DNA of 20,000 nt from an uncultured virus (IMG/VR IMGVR_UViG_3300031841_004478). Lineage: Duplodnaviria > Heunggongvirae > Uroviricota > Caudoviricetes. Under the pieces are notes generated by a model. That model searched no databases. It was not told the DNA's origin and worked only from the letters and a program-made list of their open reading frames with translations. Positions 9,301 to 14,822 of the stretch are shown here, in pieces (within the stretch, counting starts at the first letter, position 1; each line of letters begins with the position of its first letter). The stretch is taken from IMG/VR virus record IMGVR_UViG_3300031841_004478. One strand, written 5' to 3'. The translations under genes and the position numbers were made by a program.

Positions 9301-11839
9301 TAGCTGGTTTATATACGAGGGCATCAGGTCCAGAGTTATAGTATACTGTACCTTCATCACTTGCAGGTTTAGTATTATCATCCCAAAGAATTGGATCAAA
9401 TCTTATAAAGTCTGCTGATACTGAATCAGCATTTAAAATATCTACACTTAAGTTTTCAATTCTTGCAGAATCAACAGTAGCAGCATCAATGTGAGCGTTT
9501 GAAACATCTAATTGTGTAGCATGTGCCGAATCAATAGTAACTTGACCTAATGTAACATTATCAATATCTGCTGTGACAACATTTAATTGATCAACATATA
9601 AGCTATCGGCATCAGCTTGACTTACATTCAATTGACCAATATAAGCGCTATCTAATATAGCATCAGCTGATGTAAGAGTATCAATATCTGCTGTAGCTAC
9701 ATTCAATTGAGTAGCATAAGCACTATCAATATCTAATTGAGAAATATGTGCTGAGTCAATATCACCTTGACTAACATTTAATTGATCAACATATAAGCTA
9801 TCCATATCAGCATTAGATAGATTCAATTGACCAACATTAATGCTATCTACAGTTAATTGACTAATAAACGCAGAGTCAGCAGTTAAATGTTTAAGAGTTA
9901 AATCTCCAGGTAAACCACTTGCAGTTTTAATAGAAAGCGAACCTGCACTATCTTGTAGTTTTACTTGGCCAAGATGAATAGTATTGCCAGAAAGATGTAG
10001 ATCTTTCCATTTATTAGTAGAAGTACCAAGATCATATGTCGAATCTGCCCAAGGTATAAGATCACCTTCAACATATGTTTCACTTCCAAGATGAATATAC
10101 ATTGTACTTGAAGCTTTTAATACACTATTTGTAGCTTCAATATAATTTGTACCATCACCTGTGTTGTGATAGATTTTTAAATCTTCACCTGCACCAAAAT
10201 TTAATTTAATGTCGTCTTGAATTAATACATTGCTGTTGAAGCTATCAATAACAGTATTAAATACTTGACCATCACCTGTACTAATTCTATAAGTATTTGT
10301 ACTTGAGATCCAACGTGTGCTATCTACTGAAGCAACTAAAACTTCTCCAATACTATCGATACGTCCATAGCTATCAACTGAAAATACTGGCATTTGTGTT
10401 GGTGAACCATATGTGCCAGCTGTTGAATCATTAATTGCTGTAAGATCAAAGAAGTTACTATCTGGATACCAATGTAAGTTATAATTGCTATTCATAGCAG
10501 CATCTAAGTCAGAGTCAAAGTTATCCTTTGAATAAACTTGGTCAACGTCAATTGAGAATTGACCTGATGCAGAATCATATAACAAGTCTCCATCAGTGCT
10601 AAAATAACCTCTAATAGTAGCAATAGATATATCATCCCCAAGTGCACTATCGAATCTTGTTCTTCTATAATATAAATTTGGTTCTGGTACACCTGGTCGT
10701 TGTGTAACAGTAAGAACACCATACATGTCTGTATGATTAGCACATTGATAATAATATGTACCAGGAACTGTTGGTGTCCAAGTTACTGTAGCAGTACCTT
10801 GTCCTGTAACTCCAGACGCTTGATCTCCAGTACCATCTCCTTGCACAGTTTTAATGTACATTGGATGATCACCAGATACAGTATTATTAAATGTAATTGT
10901 ATCATCTGTTCTTATTGTAAGAGCAGGATCTCCGCTATTAATTGAACCTGTTCTATCTGAACCTGAAACTTGATAGAAGAAATTGTTTATTGCTGAAAGA
11001 GTAAGTGTATAACTTTCAGTCGCAGGTTGAGGATCACCAGGACCTTCAACAAGATCATCAGTCGTAAATGGATTTAAATTGATATCTGTTTGAAATAATC
11101 CACCATCACTTGTATTAATGCTAAATGTACCAGAACCAAGTGAAGAATCATAACTAATTGAATCGAGTGAAGCAACAGCTACGTCTGAAATTGCTGTAAT
11201 TTGACCACGCGAATTTGTTGTAAGAACTGGAATACGAATAGAAGAACCAAATGTTCCAGAATCTGCACCTGTAGAATCAAGATCAGTTGTGATTGTAAGA
11301 ACTTGACCAATTTTTACACCGCGTGTGGACAGGCCTCGTCCACCAGCCAATGTAATAGTTTCACCATCATATATTTGAACAGAGTCAGTAAATCCATCAT
11401 CCATTGTAAAGGTAACTTCTTTTACCTTATCAACTTCTTGGTCTACATAGAATTTTGTTGTAAGAGAACTATCATCAAAAACAGTAAGCTGTCTTTGGTT
11501 AAATCTATCAGCTTCAACTCGGCCATCAAAGAAAGTACCGTTAATAGCATTAATATACAATTCATTTAATTTAGCTGGATCATTAAAATCTACAGTAATT
11601 GCATTACTATCGAAAGTAAGATAATCTACATTTAATTTACGAAGTACATTTAAATTGCGATATTCTGATGCAGCTGAGTCATATACTAAAAGATCATTGT
11701 GTTGACCTTCACCGATGTTTTGACCTGTGCCAGCATCACCTGATATATTAACACCACTTAGATTGTTAAGACTAAATGAACCAGATGTGACTCTTCGTAT
11801 TGGTGTACCAACAACGACTCTTCTTACAAAAGTTGCCAT
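6311..11839 (-). CDS. Long mosaic tail fibre protein (1842 aa)
   Basis: S/T/D/G-rich. Three GxxGS...PV...D..G.I modules, two TTD.L.EG..N.YY motifs, a DLIP.ADSTYDLG....W motif, two pentapeptide-repeat blocks, two cupredoxin-like domains and a C-terminal IDGGTY, all typical of T4-like phage fibres. Confidence 0.85.
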   Translation of the reverse strand: MATFVRRVVVGTPIRRVTSGSFSLNNLSGVNISGDAGTGQNIGEGQHNDLLVYDSAASEYRNLNVLRKLNVDYLTFDSNAITVDFNDPAKLNELYINAINGTFFDGRVEADRFNQRQLTVFDDSSLTTKFYVDQEVDKVKEVTFTMDDGFTDSVQIYDGETITLAGGRGLSTRGVKIGQVLTITTDLDSTGADSGTFGSSIRIPVLTTNSRGQITAISDVAVASLDSISYDSSLGSGTFSINTSDGGLFQTDINLNPFTTDDLVEGPGDPQPATESYTLTLSAINNFFYQVSGSDRTGSINSGDPALTIRTDDTITFNNTVSGDHPMYIKTVQGDGTGDQASGVTGQGTATVTWTPTVPGTYYYQCANHTDMYGVLTVTQRPGVPEPNLYYRRTRFDSALGDDISIATIRGYFSTDGDLLYDSASGQFSIDVDQVYSKDNFDSDLDAAMNSNYNLHWYPDSNFFDLTAINDSTAGTYGSPTQMPVFSVDSYGRIDSIGEVLVASVDSTRWISSTNTYRISTGDGQVFNTVIDSFNSNVLIQDDIKLNFGAGEDLKIYHNTGDGTNYIEATNSVLKASSTMYIHLGSETYVEGDLIPWADSTYDLGTSTNKWKDLHLSGNTIHLGQVKLQDSAGSLSIKTASGLPGDLTLKHLTADSAFISQLTVDSINVGQLNLSNADMDSLYVDQLNVSQGDIDSAHISQLDIDSAYATQLNVATADIDTLTSADAILDSAYIGQLNVSQADADSLYVDQLNVVTADIDNVTLGQVTIDSAHATQLDVSNAHIDAATVDSARIENLSVDILNADSVSADFIRFDPILWDDNTKPASDEGTVYYNSGPDALVYKPATASPIKIGQDDVVRVYNNSGAMIPKGTPVYVTGATNDFPTIEKAQANDINTIDETIGVLKDSINNNTFGLVLQRGLLGRLDTSAYAPGTKLFVSADSAGKFTSTAPEYPNFAYEIGTVLVQDSQGGPAVGGCIQIKPFREFFEQIRVTGSGRVDANFTIGGNLTVIGSQVQTSVQSLAVSDTVIEMGAGDTIGLAATNFGGTGTNDASLTGHYTGDGVVEFHVRIDSVGSGGEGDKIEWSYDSQYGSLEPFDSALGSTSFVLSSGDLVANLANGIKIAFTAETGHDLGDSWSGEASPIDVQIGIVGNYNPPADSHAYSGFIRDPSDFRWKLFQQYLPDPQANINFADPSLEYAPLQVGTLYADTVNADLTGNVTGTVTDISNHTTDQLLEGSTNQYYLKSRVDSDILDSIATNNLNVATGDISQFTSDSAFITQLNVPTGDIDTLTSANAILDSAYIGQLNVSQADADSLYVDQLNVTTADIDTLTSADAVLDSAYIGQLNVATGDIDTLTSANASLDSAYVGQLNVTTGDIDTFTSANANIDSAYIGQLNVSQAHIDSLYADNINLTLVDIDTLTADSAVITNISGSTANFTTITRSGATSYNGIWGSASEVPIITLDSSGFVDSIGTTSVAGVTAFAWDSATSTATISTADGGSYPAIINGWGDNQKVYFGADSNAYFYHDGNNFNLENDQGGFRITLNDNGQDFAVYAQTTDALERVITAGGTSEVSIVNLWHNDKKRLLTTSTGVEIRGGNGFQGSLGEILADSATISRLSGSVVVESGLTSDSLQTNLISVTDDSNGDYRIKNNIVQRTYENRDSQNLTAGITQDSNNQGLINIYVRTGFKTGQHRYWKQGSAKGYYIAYDSDHLYTDKEIQAPLLDLLPGVTYRFHHNDSSMSTHDIRFYWDNQKSGLLSDSAADIKYVGTAGNIDVGNSYAQIKVKDDGPRSFGYQCLNHPYMGNLAITNSGAGARILGTSSGIKVDGNIEAIIDGGTY
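7520..8059 (-). repeat. Pentapeptide repeat block B (36 pentads; 25-aa higher-order unit LNVxT-GDIDT-LTSAN-AxLDS-AYIGQ)
   Basis: Translation parses without indels as LNVAT/GDISQ/FTSDS/AFITQ/.../ANFTT; 15-nt and 75-nt periodicity in the DNA. Confidence 0.9.
9407..9901 (-). repeat. Pentapeptide repeat block A (33 pentads)
   Basis: Translation parses as LTLKH/LTADS/AFISQ/LTVDS/INVGQ/.../VSADF with hydrophobic or small residues at positions 1 and 3. Confidence 0.9.
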
Positions 11840-12204
11840 TATACGCCTCCTCCACCAGTACCAGTAACTTGTGGAGTTACTTGAATTCTACCTTCAAGAA
11901 GTCTTTCAATAATTGTATCGCCATTACTATCTTGGAAACTCAATTTCACATCATATACATATCTTCCTTTTTCTAGATTTGATGTTTGAGCATTAGTTAA
12001 AGATATTACAGCAACACCATCTGTTGATGGATTTGCAACAACGGAGTTAAATGATATTAAATTTGTGGTTGAATAATTTCTCTTTAATTCTGCTGAAACT
12101 TGATAGTTTGAAAGGTCTTTTGTATTACCATTCTCATCTACACAGTATATTTCAATGGCCACGTCTGTGCCTTGATCGATTGTAAATTCTTCGTATTGGG
12201 CCAT
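11839..12204 (-). CDS. Conserved virion protein of T4-like phages (BppU-N/fibre-attachment-like beta fold)
   Basis: Pattern I.QG.D....DL..Y......K.......F......G...ISLT..QT..L..GRYVYDV......RLLEG...V.P.VT; first gene after a late promoter; SD GAGG upstream. Confidence 0.7.
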   Translation of the reverse strand: MAQYEEFTIDQGTDVAIEIYCVDENGNTKDLSNYQVSAELKRNYSTTNLISFNSVVANPSTDGVAVISLTNAQTSNLEKGRYVYDVKLSFQDSNGDTIIERLLEGRIQVTPQVTGTGGGGV

Positions 12205-12253
12205 GAAATCCTCGTTTCTTTGTCGGTATTGCTACCCTGCCGCTATTTAGTAT

Positions 12254-12261
12254 TATTTATA
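12254..12261 (-). promoter_or_regulatory. T4-type late promoter TATAAATA
   Basis: Perfect TATAAATA about 50 nt upstream of the ATG at 12204; an adjacent CTAAATA variant lies at 12244-12250. Confidence 0.8.
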
Positions 12262-12286
12262 AAAAAAATGATTTATATATAACATT

Positions 12287-13210
12287 ATGAAACGAGTTAT
12301 TTATAGTATTTTTATTCAAATCCCAAATGATGATTTAGATTGGCAACCACCATATCCAGGTGAAACTGAATCTAAAAATGATAAAGCTAATCGAGTGTTT
12401 TTACAAAACCATGATTGGCTTACAGCAATGCAAAAGACATACGCTGAAAGTATCGACGCAGAGTATATACAATACACTAGAGATGACAAATATTTAGAAT
12501 TTGAAAAATGGTATAAAGAAAATCATACTGACGTTACAGTTTGGAATATTGTAAATTTTTATAAAATTCATTTAATGTATGAATTGTCTCGAGAATTCGA
12601 CGAGGTTCTTTATCTAGATATTGATGTTGTTCCTATTACAAAGAAAAACTTTTTTGCTGAACACGATTTAAATGAAGGCATTGCTATTTTTCAAAATGAT
12701 CCAAAGGTAAATGCATCTCTTAAAAATATAAGAGATCAAGCAAAATGGAGAGAACAAGTAGATGAATCAGCACATAGTATTAGATCTCCTGCTGCTAAAT
12801 ACTGGAATGCAATTGCTTTATTATTAAATGAAGGAGAAGATCCTAAAAACTTTGTCTACAATACCGGGATTGTTGGATGCAATAAAAAATGGCTAGATAA
12901 GTTAGCATATTTTGAAGATCATGATTATTGGCTTGAAACAATGTCAGAATTAAAACATGAAGAAGATTCTATGTATCCTATGTGGATTCAAGAAATATTC
13001 GGGTGGGATAATGAAACTTTATGGAGTGTAAAAAATAAAATAAATAAAGTGCCAAATATATGGTTACGGCCTGATTGGCACCACTTTATGGATAATCATT
13101 GTTATGTGCCAAATGGTACTAATTTTATTCATGTTATTAATAAAGAATTTGATTGGGTAAAGGAATGGTGTGAGCAAAATAATATTCACCCAGTATCTTC
13201 CACTGAATAA
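12287..13210 (+). CDS. GT-A fold nucleotide-diphospho-sugar transferase
   Basis: K..L......DEVLYLDIDV (DxD), YNTGIV, DNET and W.HF...FIHVINK motifs. Confidence 0.75.
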   Translation: MKRVIYSIFIQIPNDDLDWQPPYPGETESKNDKANRVFLQNHDWLTAMQKTYAESIDAEYIQYTRDDKYLEFEKWYKENHTDVTVWNIVNFYKIHLMYELSREFDEVLYLDIDVVPITKKNFFAEHDLNEGIAIFQNDPKVNASLKNIRDQAKWREQVDESAHSIRSPAAKYWNAIALLLNEGEDPKNFVYNTGIVGCNKKWLDKLAYFEDHDYWLETMSELKHEEDSMYPMWIQEIFGWDNETLWSVKNKINKVPNIWLRPDWHHFMDNHCYVPNGTNFIHVINKEFDWVKEWCEQNNIHPVSSTE

Positions 13211-13850
13211 CCAGTTTGAAGAATACGCAGACTATATAGAAAATAAGCAAAGAAATTATGCACTAAAGTATGGAGCAACATATGCTCTTCATACGCCTGA
13301 TGATATAGACAATTATGATGACTTACAATTAAATAAAATATTGTTAGCAGAAAAATATGCTCAACAGTTTGATCAAGTATTATATATTGATTATGACGTC
13401 ATTCCAACTGATTATGCGCCTGACATTTTTAGAAAAGTAAATGGTCTAAGCTTATATCCAACATTTCCAAAAGTTGGTATGAAAGAATATGATAAGCTTT
13501 TAAATAAACAAATGATGTTAGCGTCTGAAGGTCGTAAATATAATAATATCATTTACAACACAGGTGTTTTCCATTGTGATAAAGCATCAATGGAAGAATT
13601 AAAGTTTAGTGAAAGATTCGATGAATGTAAAGAGCTATGTTCAGACTTTAATAACGAAGTTTACATCAGTTATATCATAGAACGATATGGTTGTAAACAC
13701 AATTTTTTACCAATGTGTTGGAATTATATCTTAGATGGATTTCAAGAAATGCCAAACGCTGCAGGATATTTTCATCACTATCATCATAAAAAATTTTGGT
13801 GCCTCCTCCCGGACTCGAACCGGGACGCTATTACTAGCGAGAGATTTTAA
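13170..13850 (+). CDS. GT-A fold nucleotide-diphospho-sugar transferase, paralogue of the upstream gene
   Basis: DQVLYIDYDV (DxD), YNTGVF, NNE and WNY...FHHYHHKKF. GTG start; 3' end overlaps tRNA-Leu antisense. Confidence 0.75.
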   Translation: MSKIIFTQYLPLNNQFEEYADYIENKQRNYALKYGATYALHTPDDIDNYDDLQLNKILLAEKYAQQFDQVLYIDYDVIPTDYAPDIFRKVNGLSLYPTFPKVGMKEYDKLLNKQMMLASEGRKYNNIIYNTGVFHCDKASMEELKFSERFDECKELCSDFNNEVYISYIIERYGCKHNFLPMCWNYILDGFQEMPNAAGYFHHYHHKKFWCLLPDSNRDAITSERF

Positions 13851-13882
13851 GTCTCTTGTGTCTACCATTCCACCAAGGAGGC
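13797..13882 (-). tRNA. trnL: tRNA-Leu(UAA)
   Basis: GCCTCCT/AGGAGGC acceptor stem, A73 and CCA; AGAGA-CTTAAAA-TCTCT anticodon arm; long variable arm CGCTA-GTAA-TAGCG; TTCGAGT T-loop. Confidence 0.97.
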
Positions 13883-13884
13883 AT

Positions 13885-13960
13885 TGGAGCGGGCAATCAG
13901 GTTCGAACTGACGACATTCAGATTGGAAATCTGACGCTCTACCAACTGAGCTATACCCGC
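13885..13960 (-). tRNA. trnG: tRNA-Gly(UCC)
   Basis: GCGGGTA/TGCCCGC acceptor stem, U73 and CCA; TCAGA-TTTCCAA-TCTGA anticodon arm; 76 nt. Confidence 0.97.
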
Positions 13961-13966
13961 ATAATT

Positions 13967-14152
13967 TGGCCCGCCCTAGAATCACCGCTATGCAGATCAT
14001 CTTTGATTTCATCCTGCACCGACGGGCAATGCAGGCATAGACTGTTACTCCACACATAGATTACCAACAGTCTAATCTCATCTATGTGACCTCAACATTT
14101 AGAGGATTTTCTGGGCGGGAGTGGAGGGTTCGAACCTTCTTAAACGCTCCCG
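13967..14152 (-). ncRNA. Candidate structured non-coding RNA in tRNA cluster (5' tRNA-minihelix, pseudoknot, terminal stem plus CCA)
   Basis: Fills the gap between tRNA-Pro and tRNA-Gly with 6-nt AT-rich spacers on each side. CCCGCCC (14113-14119) pairs with GGGCGGG (13970-13976), followed by CCA. Crossing 9-bp helices at 14080-88/14053-61 and 14066-74/14038-46; hairpins at 14090-14105 and 14013-14035; T-arm-like GAAGG-TTCGAAC-CCTCC. Confidence 0.7.
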
Positions 14153-14158
14153 TTATAT

Positions 14159-14235
14159 TGGTCTCGGTAGCTGGATTCGAACCAACGACCTCTAGTACCC
14201 AAAACTAGCGCACTACCAGGCTGTGCTATACCGAG
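14159..14235 (-). tRNA. trnP: tRNA-Pro(UGG)
   Basis: CTCGGTA/TACCGAG acceptor stem, A73 and CCA; CTAGT-TTTGGGT-ACTAG anticodon arm; 77 nt. Confidence 0.97.
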
Positions 14236-14343
14236 TTAACCTTGTCCTCTATATTTTTTAAAACTACGTTTTGTGGATTTATTCATTGACGAAAACTTTA
14301 CATTTCGTTTTCCGATAGAAGTTTTCTTATTACCTTTAGCCAT
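14236..14343 (-). CDS. Small very basic protein (35 aa) ending KKYRGQG
   Basis: MAKGNKKTSIGKRNVKFSSMNKSTKRSFKKYRGQG; SD GAGG upstream of the ATG; stop abuts the tRNA-Pro 5' end. The KKYRGQG ending is recalled from small conserved marine phage proteins. Not in the ORF track (short). Confidence 0.8.
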   Translation of the reverse strand: MAKGNKKTSIGKRNVKFSSMNKSTKRSFKKYRGQG

Positions 14344-14361
14344 AATTTTCCTCACTTTAAT

Positions 14362-14438
14362 TGGCGATTGCGGAAGGACTCGAACCCTCAACCTACAGAT
14401 TAGAAGTCTGTTGCTCTATCCAGTTGAGCTACGCAACC
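14362..14438 (-). tRNA. trnR: tRNA-Arg(UCU)
   Basis: GGTTGCG/CGCAATC acceptor stem, G73 and CCA; ACAGA-CTTCTAA-TCTGT anticodon arm; 77 nt. Confidence 0.97.
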
Positions 14439-14599
14439 ATATGTATAACATAATAACCGATAAGTCCGAGGAGGATCCAGCCAGCGTATTTGTATACGAG
14501 GCGGATCACTCCAAGGAGAAGTGCCAGAGCCACACAGAGAAAGAGGAGAAGGAGAACGGGCTCTGGCACCTCATTCAAAATTTCAGGTAGATTTTCCAT
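14429..14599 (-). CDS. Small membrane protein (56 aa, two hydrophobic helices)
   Basis: MENLPEILNEVPEPVLLLLFLCVALALLLGVIRLVYKYAGWILLGLIGYYVIHMVA; start overlaps the end of the upstream gene and the stop lies 10 nt inside tRNA-Arg. Not in the ORF track (short). Confidence 0.7.
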   Translation of the reverse strand: MENLPEILNEVPEPVLLLLFLCVALALLLGVIRLVYKYAGWILLGLIGYYVIHMVA

Positions 14600-14822
14600 C
14601 CTTTATTCTTTCCAACAATTTTTTAACTGTTGGAAATTCTCTCATTGCTAAAATTTCAGGTTCAACAGTTTCCATATGTACAAGATGTATCAATACATCC
14701 ATCGTTTGTTGTTCGTGTTCTGTTAAACATTCACGTAATTCCATTAACTCTCGAGGAGTTTCACATTCCCACATCATATCGAGTAATACTACTTGATGAT
14801 CAGTAAGTCCGTCTATTCTCAT
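14583..14822 (-). CDS. Hypothetical protein (79 aa)
   Basis: Start reassigned to ATG 14822 (MRIDGLTDHQV), which forms an ATGA overlap with the upstream stop. Confidence 0.7.
   Translation of the reverse strand: MRIDGLTDHQVVLLDMMWECETPRELMELRECLTEHEQQTMDVLIHLVHMETVEPEILAMREFPTVKKLLERIKDGKST

Noticed and set aside
7520..9901. CRISPR-like or non-coding tandem array
   Set aside because: Repeats are in-frame, degenerate at third codon positions and lack unique spacers; they are protein repeats.
3946..11569. Short alternative-frame and antisense ORFs within the structural genes (e.g. 3946, 5303, 6912, 7150, 8338, 8485, 8777, 8860, 9167, 10504, 10700, 11201)
   Set aside because: Nested in or overlapping long coding frames, with composition typical of shadow translations.
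13967..14152. tmRNA (standard or permuted) or intron-containing tRNA
   Set aside because: No G3-U70/A73 alanine acceptor identity, no plausible tag ORF, no anticodon arm halves and too short for a group I intron. A covariance search is still needed for a definitive exclusion.
13731..14796. Track ORFs 13731-14057(-), 13856-14059(+), 14273-14590(+), 14521-14796(+)
   Set aside because: They overlap tRNAs or better-supported minus-strand genes and have no recognisable motifs.
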